DNA of 40,663 nucleotides from Perkinsus olseni (Eukaryota): NCBI GenBank assembly GCA_013115125.1, contig JABANN010000310.1, positions 1 to 40,663 of the forward strand, read 5' to 3'. Shown piece by piece: positions 1 to 10,820 of this stretch (position 1 is its first letter; each line of letters starts with the position of its first letter). The notes under the pieces were generated by a model. It saw only the letters and a program-made list of their open reading frames with translations, ran no database searches and was not told where the DNA came from. The position numbers and the translations under genes were made by a program.

Positions 1-94
1 TCTCCATTGTATCTATTGCCCAACTCAGTAGTGCCGTATGATGCCGTATCAGTCTACTCACTCAGACTGGTTTTAATTATTATTTGCCATCATT

Positions 95-3000
95 ATGTCT
101 CCATCTACCGAAGGATTGCGTCAGGACGAACGGGAACTTCTCACATCACTACAGACCCCGCTCATTCATTCCGATGCCCTACTGGGAATGGATGCGCTTC
201 GGTTTGACCGACAAGGACTACTACTACGACTCAAGGATAGTGAAGATGCACTGGCATCTCTATTCTTCAGATCTGTACCTCCCCAGATCTCTATGGGTAG
301 CGTACCTTCATCGCTATCTCCGGCAACATGTGAACTGCCCAGATCGAACTCTCCAGCCTCACCATCTGAGACTCCACACTCTCCAACCCCAACAACTTCT
401 ACTACACCACTACCAACGGCATCAGTTGCTCCACCCTGTGAGTTGGTTCCGCCACCATCCACAACAGCCCCCAACAATGCCATGAAGATCAAGCGTAAGG
501 GTGACGTCGACTACAATGTTAAAGAAGCCTTAACAACGCCTCCTACATTCCCACCGCTTGATGATGGTTTCGTCATCGACCAACACGTCTACTCCAATCA
601 ATGGTGTAGGATACTAACCATCAAAGACGAGGACAACAACAAGCAGTTCATGGTCGACTACAGCAATGAGCTGCTACAACTAGCACTACAAAACCGACCA
701 CCTGAAGCTACTAAGGTTCACTACCGTCTCCTCAAATCTGACGGTCGTGTTCGTCGTGAGGCCGAGGCTAGGTTCGACGATCTTCTCAACACCAACAAGG
801 TCGTCGCCACTCCTGCTCACTCTGTCAACAACTACGCCTCTCCTTGGTATCCTGTGGAAGGTCGAAAGCGATGTCGCCCCGTGGTACCGTCAATCTGCAG
901 CAACCAGTTACTGAGGCAAGTCCAACGCCATTATCCTATCCGTGACTGTCAATCTAAGATCTCACGGATCCTCAACAAGTACAGGAGTGCGAAAACAGCA
1001 TCTCTACTTGACGTCAAGGACAGCTACCGCTCCATCAGGTTGGGAAAAAACGCCCAGCTTCTGTCACAAGTCCATGCTCGTGGCTCTACTCTGACCTACC
1101 TCTATATGTTGGACGGCAGCTCTATAAATGCCAAGGTGCTGGAGTGGTGTGTCAATCATGTACTGCGAGAACTACACAAGCTCCCTGGCTTCGAACACGT
1201 TGCCGTCAGCTACATGGATGATGTCTTGGTTCTCTACTTCACCGACACTGACCCCAATCATGATCTTCAAACAGTCATAAACCACTTTGCTGAGTACAAC
1301 ATGATCTTAGTTGCTGAGCCCCTACATGGCCCTGCTTCCAACGGTACGACCATCCTGGGATCTATGATAGTCGACAATGGTGACTCTATCATATTCCCTA
1401 CTGCCAAGTACGAGAAGTGCACTAACTATGACCTTACAAAGCCCATCACCTACAGCTCTGCACTAAGCTTTCTTGGTCAACTATCACAAGCATGGGATCT
1501 TTTCGGATGGCATATTCTTCCGTGTAAGAACGCCTTGACTGCGCTGGTATCTCGAGCTAGAGCAGTACATAAAGCTCTTTGGAAGAAGACAGTCATCGAC
1601 GACTCCACACTGCAACTACTAGTGCGATGGCAAGAGCTGATCAGGTCAACTCCACCCCTACCACTTCGCCGACATATAGATCCTTCTGTCCCTGTAACTA
1701 TATGGTTCGATGCTTCCGACCGGATGGGTGCTATGGTTGCTGAGCAGAACGGCTGCCTAATATTCAGACACCAATGGCCCTGGTCTCGGCAAGAACGGTC
1801 CCTTCATATAAATGTACGTGAGCTCACCACAGCGTACAATGCGCTCTGCATTCTGGTCAACTACGAGGTCGACACTCGACAGCAGTTCAAGTCCATCCTT
1901 TTGCGAGGTGACAATAAGACTGCGAATGCTGCACTATCGTCAGCCAAGGTCGCTTCTAACGGCAAACAGTCCGTTCTACTACAACGTATCATCGACCTCA
2001 TTCACTACTTGATGAAGTCGAGACGTTTCGACGTCGAGTTCACTCCTACCGAGCTCAACAAAGCTGATGCGGGGACGCGGTCTGAGCTCTACGTCGACAT
2101 AGTCACTGCCCGTGATACCTTGGACAACTACACTGTGCAACCTTTACCCATCACTGATGATTCTCAACAAGTGCATGTTGCCCGAATCGTACGCAAGAGA
2201 GATGACGATTCCAACAATGCATCTCTGCCGCAGAAGAAGACCAGACTTGAAGAGCCTATTGAAGTCCCACTACAGCCTCTACCAACTGCACCTACTTCAC
2301 CGTATGATACTGTACAACTTCCTACTGATCTACTACAAGTTTATCGGTCCCTACCGCTGTCAGATGATGGTAACCTACGCCTGACTGCTGACCATGACTT
2401 CTTACTGTCATGTGCCAAACATCTCCATAGTCTACGACACGGCGGTGCTCCAGAGATTACAACAATACTGAGAAGCTACTTTGCAACTACTGGTATCGAC
2501 ATTGATGACATCGCCAGAACGGCATCCCGTGATTGTATGGCTTGTTTGATGACCAAGACTAACCCCGGTGACAACAGGCCTAAGAACCCTACAGCTGATG
2601 TTGTTAACATCCCTGACTTCGCCTTCCAGGTTGTCAACCTAGATGTTCTCGGTCCTTATGTCACTGATCCAGCAACAAGGCAAGGCAAATTCTACTCCAT
2701 CAACTTGGTTGATCAACTGACCAACATCTTGCTATGCTACCCTACTGTCAAGGCCCCTACCTCCGTGGACATCCAACGTGCCTGTAACCTACCTCATCGA
2801 CTGTACAACCACGCTATCCAGAACATCCGCACGGATAATGCATCAACAATTCATGCGGCATCCAAAGCTATGGTGTCCGTCGACTTCCAGTTTGTGCCGA
2901 GGTCTGCTTCGTGGATGAACGGTCATGTAGAAGCTCGACATCGATTACTGAATCAGAGGTTACGTCGTATGTTCATGACAACTCCCTTCGTAGATGATGA

Positions 3001-3457
3001 CAAGTGGCGCGAGTCTATCTCTCGAGCTGCCTACGAGATCAATACCACCACCAACATGCTGGCCAATGGTCTATGCCCTCTGGATATGATTACTGAGTCT
3101 CACACCTCTCCCTTCGACAACAGCCACGTGGTCCAACTGCCTTCTACTAAGTGGGATACGTGGCGCAACTACAAGACAGATTGTCGTCTTCGTGCCCTCC
3201 GTCTCATGCAGAAGCACAACAGCCACAGCTACGAGATCTCTGTGGGCAACTTAGTACTAGTCCGTGCTCCAGATCTACAACCCAAAGCTTCACCACCATG
3301 GCTCGGACAAGTTCACGTCGTCCCTGAAGTTGAAGGAAATCGGATACTACTAGAGAATGGTACGTGGCACTCTTCGGACAAGCTCAAAAAACTACCTGAT
3401 GAGATTCTTCCAAGATATCAGCTGCACCAGTCCTCTACTGCTATTATGCAGTTCTAA
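95..3457 (+). CDS. pol: Retrotransposon pol polyprotein (RT, RNase H, DDE integrase)
   Basis: Uninterrupted 1120-aa ORF. RT motifs LLDVKDSYRSI and VSYMDDVLV. RNase H motifs WFDAS, HINVREL, RGDN, NKAD. Integrase HHCC (HLHSLRH...CMAC) and core VNLDVLGP / IRTDNA / NGHVEARHR, then a GPY/F-like tail PPWLG. DALLGMDAL near the N-terminus resembles the C-terminal aspartic protease motif. Confidence 0.95.
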   Translation: MSPSTEGLRQDERELLTSLQTPLIHSDALLGMDALRFDRQGLLLRLKDSEDALASLFFRSVPPQISMGSVPSSLSPATCELPRSNSPASPSETPHSPTPTTSTTPLPTASVAPPCELVPPPSTTAPNNAMKIKRKGDVDYNVKEALTTPPTFPPLDDGFVIDQHVYSNQWCRILTIKDEDNNKQFMVDYSNELLQLALQNRPPEATKVHYRLLKSDGRVRREAEARFDDLLNTNKVVATPAHSVNNYASPWYPVEGRKRCRPVVPSICSNQLLRQVQRHYPIRDCQSKISRILNKYRSAKTASLLDVKDSYRSIRLGKNAQLLSQVHARGSTLTYLYMLDGSSINAKVLEWCVNHVLRELHKLPGFEHVAVSYMDDVLVLYFTDTDPNHDLQTVINHFAEYNMILVAEPLHGPASNGTTILGSMIVDNGDSIIFPTAKYEKCTNYDLTKPITYSSALSFLGQLSQAWDLFGWHILPCKNALTALVSRARAVHKALWKKTVIDDSTLQLLVRWQELIRSTPPLPLRRHIDPSVPVTIWFDASDRMGAMVAEQNGCLIFRHQWPWSRQERSLHINVRELTTAYNALCILVNYEVDTRQQFKSILLRGDNKTANAALSSAKVASNGKQSVLLQRIIDLIHYLMKSRRFDVEFTPTELNKADAGTRSELYVDIVTARDTLDNYTVQPLPITDDSQQVHVARIVRKRDDDSNNASLPQKKTRLEEPIEVPLQPLPTAPTSPYDTVQLPTDLLQVYRSLPLSDDGNLRLTADHDFLLSCAKHLHSLRHGGAPEITTILRSYFATTGIDIDDIARTASRDCMACLMTKTNPGDNRPKNPTADVVNIPDFAFQVVNLDVLGPYVTDPATRQGKFYSINLVDQLTNILLCYPTVKAPTSVDIQRACNLPHRLYNHAIQNIRTDNASTIHAASKAMVSVDFQFVPRSASWMNGHVEARHRLLNQRLRRMFMTTPFVDDDKWRESISRAAYEINTTTNMLANGLCPLDMITESHTSPFDNSHVVQLPSTKWDTWRNYKTDCRLRALRLMQKHNSHSYEISVGNLVLVRAPDLQPKASPPWLGQVHVVPEVEGNRILLENGTWHSSDKLKKLPDEILPRYQLHQSSTAIMQF

Positions 3458-3470
3458 ATCTTAAGATGAC

Positions 3471-3491
3471 GATGATGATGATGATGATGAT
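3471..3491 (+). repeat. (GAT)7 microsatellite in the retroelement 3' UTR
   Basis: Read directly between the pol stop and the candidate PPT/LTR. Confidence 0.9.
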
Positions 3492-3511
3492 GTATATATC
3501 TCGGGGCGTCG

Positions 3512-3688
3512 TGTTTGTGCTGTTGCACAAAGGCAAGCGCCAATTCAGTGTATCTTTGTTGAAACTGCCACTGTTGAAACTGCCACAAGATACTCGGCAT
3601 GAAAGACTGACTAATTAACTATATACTTTTCTACTCTTTCATTCTATGGCTCTTGAGTCAACCAGTGTCCCGACCAAAGCTCTAAACA
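3512..3688 (+). repeat. Candidate 3' LTR (177 bp)
   Basis: Starts TGTTTG and ends TAAACA (terminal inverted repeat TGTTT/AAACA). Preceded by TCGGGGCGTCG (weak PPT). Contains a tandem 15-mer TGTTGAAACTGCCAC x2 (3557-3586) and a TATATA. No second LTR is in the window to confirm it. Confidence 0.65.
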
Positions 3689-3843
3689 GGTCCGCATCTT
3701 TCTTGTCACTTCTCTTCGCGTCTTCCACTTTGCCTCACCCTATGCTGAGCTTCAACAAGGAAGGCCGTACGGAAGCTCCTAGGTTTGACGAAGCGTAGCC
3801 TATGATTGCGGTCGCTTCTGTGTCACACAACTTGTGTGATCAG

Positions 3844-4492
3844 CCTTTCTTCTCGAGAGGGATGTCGCAGCCGCGAGCTGGCTATAACCGTATTCTGTCC
3901 CTTGGTGTCGCGGCGTGACGTGTCCCCGCTGTGGCCCACTATGCTCTGCCTCTTCGTTTGTTTCGTATTGACCGCTTGTGGCTCACGACTCATTAGTCAG
4001 CTCGCGTCTCTCTATGGTGGATCTCTTCGATGCCAGCGTTTCTATGATGAACCGCGAGTGCTTGCACGCGAAGGCGTCCCTGGTCTTAAGCTCAGCTGAG
4101 CTAACGACCGGATTTGAATGTCTGGGCGAAACAGGAGGCCTATACCCCAGATCCGCACTGTGGACCAGCGAGCCGGTGCTGGGCTACACTCTGCAGGAAG
4201 GGCTCTTCTGCTGAAGTCAATCTATCTTCGTGAAAATGTTGGCGAGTCTTCCGCAATGAAGGTTCCGCCGGTACGCGCGGACATGGCCACCTAAGCTTAG
4301 CACATGCGTGCATCAGCTGCAGACCGACTCCGGAATGATTGATTGACTTGTGAGTAACGCTCACTCGGTGATATATCACTCCTAGCGGTGGTATCAGTCT
4401 CAAACCTGAAGACGAGCGGGCTTCTCTCTTGTTGATCATCGTGAGTCATCTGAAAATCTAAAGTGAGCTAGCTTCAGTAAGTCCATCTTCAA
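3844..4492 (+). repeat. Duplicated upstream block, copy 1
   Basis: Aligns with 6553-7228. The proximal ~280 bp differ by only about five substitutions. Confidence 0.95.
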
Positions 4493-4912
4493 AGGATCGA
4501 CTTCAGCAGGGTCACATATGGGGTGAGCCCAGGAGTATTTCAAAACGTTGACACCATGGATGGCCAATACGAAATAACTTTGAATGTTTATCCCGATGGA
4601 CGGTTGGATGCCATCTTTCGGTGCTTTGGTTTCAACGGTGCTCGTGCCGCCTTGACTCTGGTTCCGAACGGCTACTTGGAGTACTTACAACATGATTTAT
4701 TCCCGAGGAGCACCGTAGTAAATTTTGTCAAACTGTTGAAGAGGTCTTGCCACGTTGAGGGGCGCTTCCGTACCTTCGCGCGAGCGATGTATGCCACTCC
4801 GGACACTATCTATTTATTTTTCGAAGGGGATCTGGTGGCCCTGACAAACGAGGGGAAGCCACTTCCTCCTCGTGACTCATACTGCGCACAGAACGACCTC
4901 TGCGTAGATTGA
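4493..4912 (+). pseudogene. 5'-truncated paralogue of the secreted protein at 7228-8024
   Basis: Shares RVTYGV, DG.Y.IT..VY.DG, PDTIY, LTNEGKPLP and C-terminal cysteines with 7551-8024. Lacks the ATG, signal peptide and ~380 bp of N-terminal coding sequence. Confidence 0.8.
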
Positions 4913-6552
4913 GAAGAGAAGCTCAGATCTGACATCATCGGTGGCTTACCTTTGGGTTTCAATTTTGAGGATAATGCTTTTTGTAGGTCAAGATTTTGTA
5001 TAGATGCTTTTCGTTCGCAACACAGGTCAAGAACCACCTCACAGAGATGTCGGTACGAACCGCTTCATACATTTCTGAGGAGTTATGATAGTTTTGCGTT
5101 TGTGGAGTGTTGTATTGAAGGGACTTCTCGTCATCAGAAGCGAACGCCGTTCGAATTTTCCCTCAAGAAACGCATAAGCGTGGTAAAATCAAGCTGGCGT
5201 CGCATCATTCCGGCTGCAGGCGCTGGCTATCCCCTTGTTTCAGAAAATCAAGGCCTGTGGAACCCATTGATACAGAACAGCGACGCTCACGTCGGGGACC
5301 CACCGAGATCAGGCACCAGGAGCGCCTTCACACCTCGGTTTGAGGGCCTCGGATGTCTTAGCCTTACAAGGCGATAGTTTGATAGCCAAAGAGGATTCGA
5401 TCGAAGCTCTTGACAGGATCAACGGTGAGAAGGCTCATTCCATCGACCTGGTCCGGTGCGTCATGACTCGGAGGACCATTCGTCATATTGTTTTGGGAGC
5501 CCTCCCTTATCGCCCCAGGCGGTGCGTCTGCCTTGTTGGTCGCTATATCTCGGATTGGTGTGCCTCCACCGGCATACCACGTATTGCATACCTTCTGGTA
5601 TGCTCCTCAATAGGATGAAATTCACATGCGTAGACGATTCCAGACCAGATGCAACGAACGACTCTAGCATTTGCAGCTCTTCCTGGACAAAGAGTATTGA
5701 AGTATTCTCGCAAATGGCGTGGCAGTGCCACGGTGGCATAGTCCCACGAGGGAAACTGCTGACCATCAGCCTAGCCGACTCTCAGCAGGAATCCATCGAG
5801 AGTTGCCCCGGTGGGGCACGCCTGTCGATCAATTCTGAGCCGGCACATCGGAGAGTTGGCAGGTGATGCCGACGTCAACCAGCCGAATCCGTAGCGCTCC
5901 CTGAGGTCAGGCATTTCCCAGCGCCCCCCATATGTGGCGGATGACACCGGCGTAGCCGCTCTCATCTGCTTGAGGTATGGCCCTCTTCGGAAGAAGAATG
6001 TGGGAGGAGCTGCATCATACGAATCGCGAAGGCATGGCGGGAGGGATAGTCCCGCTCCTGTGAAACGTCCGAAGCAACCTCGATTCCTCTGGGAGCCCCA
6101 CATCGGAAGGATGACCCGCCAAGATGCCCGGTGAGATGTGGACAGTCCACAGTAGACTTGGGGCTAATGATCGAGCAAACGCCAGTTTCTTCCACGAGTC
6201 GACTCGGGCACTAGAGGTCTGACCCCCCTTCTTGCTGCTTTGACCCTCATTCTTCCTCATTCTTCATGACCCGACTCCGACTTCGGATGTATAGCCTAGA
6301 AGATGCGGAGTAGCAATTCAGAATTCTACCACTAACACTAGTGATGGTTATCATGCTTCTGGATAAGCATGGGTGAAAGGGTGCTCCTCGATTGCGGGGC
6401 TTTAACAAGCCAGGCCCCATACACAGTTGAGGATTCGCATGACCTCACAGTTTTACCTCGGCCGTCAAGGAACCGAAAGGGTTATAGGCGCTCCATGTTC
6501 GGTTTTCGTGCGGGGTATGTTGTCTGGACTCTGGGCCGGTGTTGCCGGACTA

Positions 6553-7228
6553 CCTTTCCCTCTCTACAGGGATGTTGCTGCCGCGAGCTACCTATAACCA
6601 ATTTCTGTCCCCTGGTGTCGCGGCGTGACGTGTCCCCGCTGTGGCCCAGTAGGCTCTGCCTCTTCGTTTGTTTCGTATTGATCGCATGTGGCTCACGACT
6701 CATGAATCAGCTCGCGTCTCTCAGAGAGACTCTCTCTATGGCGGATCTTTTCGGTGCTAGCGTTTCCATGATGAACCACGAGTGCTGGCACGCGAAGACG
6801 CCCCTGGTCTTGAGCTTGACTGAGCTAACGACCGGATTTGAATGTTCGGGCGAAGCAGGAGGCCTATACCCCAGATCCGCACCGTGGACCAGCGAGCCGG
6901 TGCTGGGCTACACTCTGCAGGAAGGGCTCTTCTGCTGTTAATCGTGTAAAAGTCAATCTATCTTCGTGAAAATGTTGGCGAGTCTTCCGCAACGAAGGTT
7001 CCGCCGGTACGCGCGGACATGGCCACCTAAGCTTAGCACATGCGTGCATCAGCTGCAGACCGACTCCGGAATGATTGATTGACTTGTGAGTAACACTCAC
7101 TCGGTGATATATCACTCCTAGCGGCGGTATCAGTCTCAAACCTGAAGACGAGCGGACTTCCCTCTTGTTGATCATCGTGAGTCATCTGAAAATCTAAAGT
7201 GAGCTAGCTTCAGTAAGTCCATCTTCAA
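6553..7228 (+). repeat. Duplicated upstream block, copy 2
   Basis: Aligns with 3844-4492 and ends at the ATG of the downstream gene. Confidence 0.95.
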
Positions 7229-8024
7229 TGCTAACCTTCCTCTCGACTTGGCTGGTAGCCGCTCAAATGTTGGTAACCGCCGCGGCTGATGAGATCATCG
7301 GCACATTCGTTCACAACGCGGGACGCTGGAAAATGACCTTCGATATCGACAAGGACAGTAGAGCTGTTTTGACCTTCGAGGTGCCTGGTAGGGAACCCTT
7401 CGTCGGGATGCCCTTCCCTCTCAGCGGAGGTCCTGGTACTTACACGCTTGACGATAAGGTGTATTCGAAGCGGGTCTCTTCGAGGGGGTCACTCTTTGGC
7501 ACATCGGCATCCACTCTCTCCTCCCGGAAGCTAATATCTCACCTGGAGACTTGAGCACTCTGACCTTCGAGAACTTCGGATCCCTCTCCGCTACTTTCGA
7601 GGGTCGAGAGATCGGCTTTAGCAGGGTCACATACGGAGTAACCCAGGGGGTATATGAGTATACTGGGCCAACGGATGGCCGCTACAATATAACTTTTATC
7701 GTTTACGGTGATGGACATGTGAACGCTCACGTTCAATGTGACAGCATCTCGGGTGCCCGGGCTACCTTTTTCATCGTCCCGGATGAGAGTTCACAATATG
7801 ACCTGTATAGTGTACGCCCCAGGACCACCTTATCAGGTTTCGTGGAATCGTTACAAGATATTTGCTTTATGGGAGAAGGTGCCAGCTTCAGGTTAGTTAT
7901 CTTCGCCTCTCCCGACACGATATACGTGACTCTCGAGAACAGGCTCCTGAGCTTGACAAACGAAGGGAAACCACTTCCGTTTCCAGACTCATGCTGCCCA
8001 GGGGACGAGATATGTATTTATTGA
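7228..8024 (+). pseudogene. Lineage-specific secreted protein with an internal -1 frameshift (or a sequencing error)
   Basis: Signal-like MLTFLSTWLVAAQMLVTAAA. The protein continues in the 7551 frame (...FEGVTLWHIGIHSLLPEANISPGDLSTLTF...), which is open only downstream of a TAA at ~7456. No plausible intron there. Confidence 0.7.
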
Positions 8025-8407
8025 AGAGGTGACTCTGAAAGGTCTACCACTGCCACATTGTGAATGCCGATGTTTAACAGCGGCTGAGCGCATTTTGTTC
8101 TACAATCATAACGATAGCACTGCATCGCAACTCACGTTTTTGTAAATTTTGATTCTGTAGGCTTGAGATTCCAGCCAAGCACTCATTTCTTGAGCAGTTG
8201 AGCGCACGCGCCGGATGGCAGTGCTGGTTTGGCGTAGACCACTTCTGACCAAGCAGTTCTCAGTAATTCTGTTCGCTTTTGCGTTTGGAAAGTTGAACCT
8301 CAGAGTAGTGATAGCCATTCACGTCAGAGCCATCGGAACTGCCGGAGCGATTCTGGAGCGTCTTGTGCAAGGAAGAGCCACCAAGAGGGAGAGGCGTAGC
8401 AGTTATA

Positions 8408-8502
8408 GACCAGAGAGGTGACCAGAAAGGTGACCAGAAGGTTGAGCTGCGTCCCCGAACAGCGACGAACAGCGACGAGACGAACGCGATGAACAGCGAC
8501 GC
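8408..8502 (+). repeat. Short imperfect tandem repeats (GACCAGARAGGT-like x3; GAACAGCGAC x3)
   Basis: Read directly from the sequence. Confidence 0.7.
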
Positions 8503-10531
8503 TAGCCGAAGCGGCGCAGGGATGTCCGTTCATTATCATTCGGTGAGCTCGTCTGCTCTTGCTTCACTGAAAACTGATCTACATCATCCTCAGTGCCTTG
8601 CACTAGATCGGGCTGGATTTCTCCATGTTGGAAAACCGATATGAACGAGGTGTCACCGAATGTGTCTGCATAACCCGAAAAGAGCTATACGAGATTGAGC
8701 GAACAACTCTGGCATCCGTGAGGTCTTCTCGTTCTTCGAGTCTCTGAGATAATCGCCGCTTTCTGACTGTCCCGATGCATAACGACTGCCTAGTCGGCAG
8801 CGCCGACCTGTCAGAAGGTGAACACTTGTTGAAGAATTTACTCGCGATGGCTATACTAATCAATCGCCTTTCTTCCCTTCGCCATCCGCGCGACACTCCA
8901 AGCTGCCTGCTGGGGCGGATGGGCACGGGCGTATCAGAAGTATCAGAGTTTGATGGCTTCGGTACCGACAGGTCTGCCGGTATAGTGTCCGTGGGTAACT
9001 TCGTCGGGCGAATATGGCGCGAACGGGGGCAAAATCGATAGCGATTTCGATGCTTTCTCGCATGATGGCCATGACATTTCTCAAGCGTGATTTATATACA
9101 GCGAATCGTTTCAGAACACCTCCTTGCATCCTGGGCAATGGCGGAGGACCGATCCCGATCTTCGTTCGGTCTCATCGACTTTCTGATATCCTGTTTAAGT
9201 GCCTCACTCGATCGAGCGCGATAAGTGGTCTACTTCGGTGGGGATATACGATAATAACACGGGGGAAATTACTTAGACAAGGACTTATCATCGACATCTC
9301 GAGTCGAGATTCTCGACAATCACTCAGACTCATCATCTCGTCATCTGTGTGGTAATATGGGTTGGTCTCATGTCAGGTCTTCAAAAATGTAACTTCCACA
9401 TGGTTCTACTCCGCCTACTCTGGTTGCGAATACGTATTACATACGGAGTTTCAGCCATTTCACGAACAATTTCAGCGCGTTTGATACTCCAGTATCGAGC
9501 AAGTTCGCTGGCGCGTCACTGACGCAGTGCCCCGCATGCGCCCTCGAACAAGGCGTATATATGCCTCCAGCAGTTGCTCGTCTGAGGGCCTATCTTCGGA
9601 GTTTCGGCAAAGTGGAGTGTTCGTCCCTAGGGGTCGCCTTGGTCTGACCATGATTTTGTAGCTAATGGTCATGATGATCCCAACACTCTCATCGTGCAGC
9701 CTGATGTGGTTCCCAGGGATGGCTACCAGTTGTCTGATGATGATTCCGTTCTCTGGGGGCGGTTGGGCATGTTTTGGCAACGTCTTCCCGTTGTAAAGCT
9801 TGCAACGCTTGCTGGAGTTCGGCAATTATGATGTTCTGGCTTGTCACCGGTGTATGCGGCGGCGATAGTTGCGACTACTGCTCCAGTTGAACTGCCTGTT
9901 CAATACAGATTCTCTACCCGGTGTCGCGAATTCGAATCAGCTGATAATATGGTTATCATATTATGGCGTTTCGATCGAAGAATTTCGTATCACCTCGTTG
10001 CTTTTCGTCGCGAATCGCGATTTGAGGACTTTTCTCGGTTTACTCCTAGCCTAGGAGTCCTAGGGTAATCTCTGTATCAGTAATATAACTTGGTAGAAAC
10101 TGCACACTACAGATCTCGCTCTGGATCAACAACCCTCTCCGAGCACTGCTCGACCTTTTACACTGTAGTTGCCGGGACCTGTTTCAAATGACCATATTGT
10201 GCCGAGTCGCACCGCAGTAGTAGTAGCAGCAGCAACCCCTTGATCTTCAAAACCGCGCCGAAACTTGGACTTTCACTTCAGTGTCTTATGGTAGTCGTGG
10301 AGCACGCGTTTTCGCAGACCAGTTTTCAGTGGAACCTACTATCAGCGAAGTTGGTCACCAACTCCCGTCGCAATCGGACTTACTCTGATGCGCCTCTTGG
10401 CGTATAGTTGTGATGTCCTGGACGATCGATACTATTGACCCCGTTTGATAGTCCTGGAGCCCGTTCAAGTGTTTATTTTTCCGAGAGCTCTTTCTCGGAA
10501 AAGTCACTTTCCTGAGCTCGGAGCAAAAATG

Positions 10532-10820
10532 TTGTTCAAGTGAGTGACTCATCCGAGCNNNNNNNNNNNNNNNNNNNNNNNNNNNNNNNNNNNNNNNNNN
10601 NNNNNNNNNNNNNNNNNNNNNNNNNNNNNNNNNNNNNNNNNNNNNNNNNNNNNNNNNCTCAGAATCCGAGTTCTCGGATCCGGTAAATTCCGAGTAGCAC
10701 GACAACATATTCCTAGTTGGCTGTTCAAGTGAGTGACTCATCCGAGCTCAGAATCCGAGTTCTCGGATCCGGTAAATTCCGAGTAGCACGACAACATATT
10801 CCTAGTTGGCTGTTCAAGTG
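10532..10820. repeat. 89-bp tandem repeat spanning an assembly gap
   Basis: Unit starts at 10658 and again at 10747. The unit tail TGTTCAAGTGAGTGACTCATCCGAGC also precedes the gap. Confidence 0.85.
10559..10657. other. Assembly gap (N run)
   Basis: About 99 N characters. Confidence 1.

Larger units (their letters stand above)
1..3688 (+). mobile_element. LTR retrotransposon, 3' portion (5' end outside the window)
   Basis: pol ORF in RT-RH-IN order, followed by a short G-rich tract and a TG...CA-bounded segment. Confidence 0.85.

Noticed and set aside
4950-6500. Assorted short ORFs between the duplicated genes
   Set aside because: No coherent exon chain or domain could be assembled. Possibly decayed coding sequence, but unsupported.
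10658-10820. CRISPR-like array
   Set aside because: Units are identical end to end with no unique spacers, there are no cas genes, and the context is eukaryotic.
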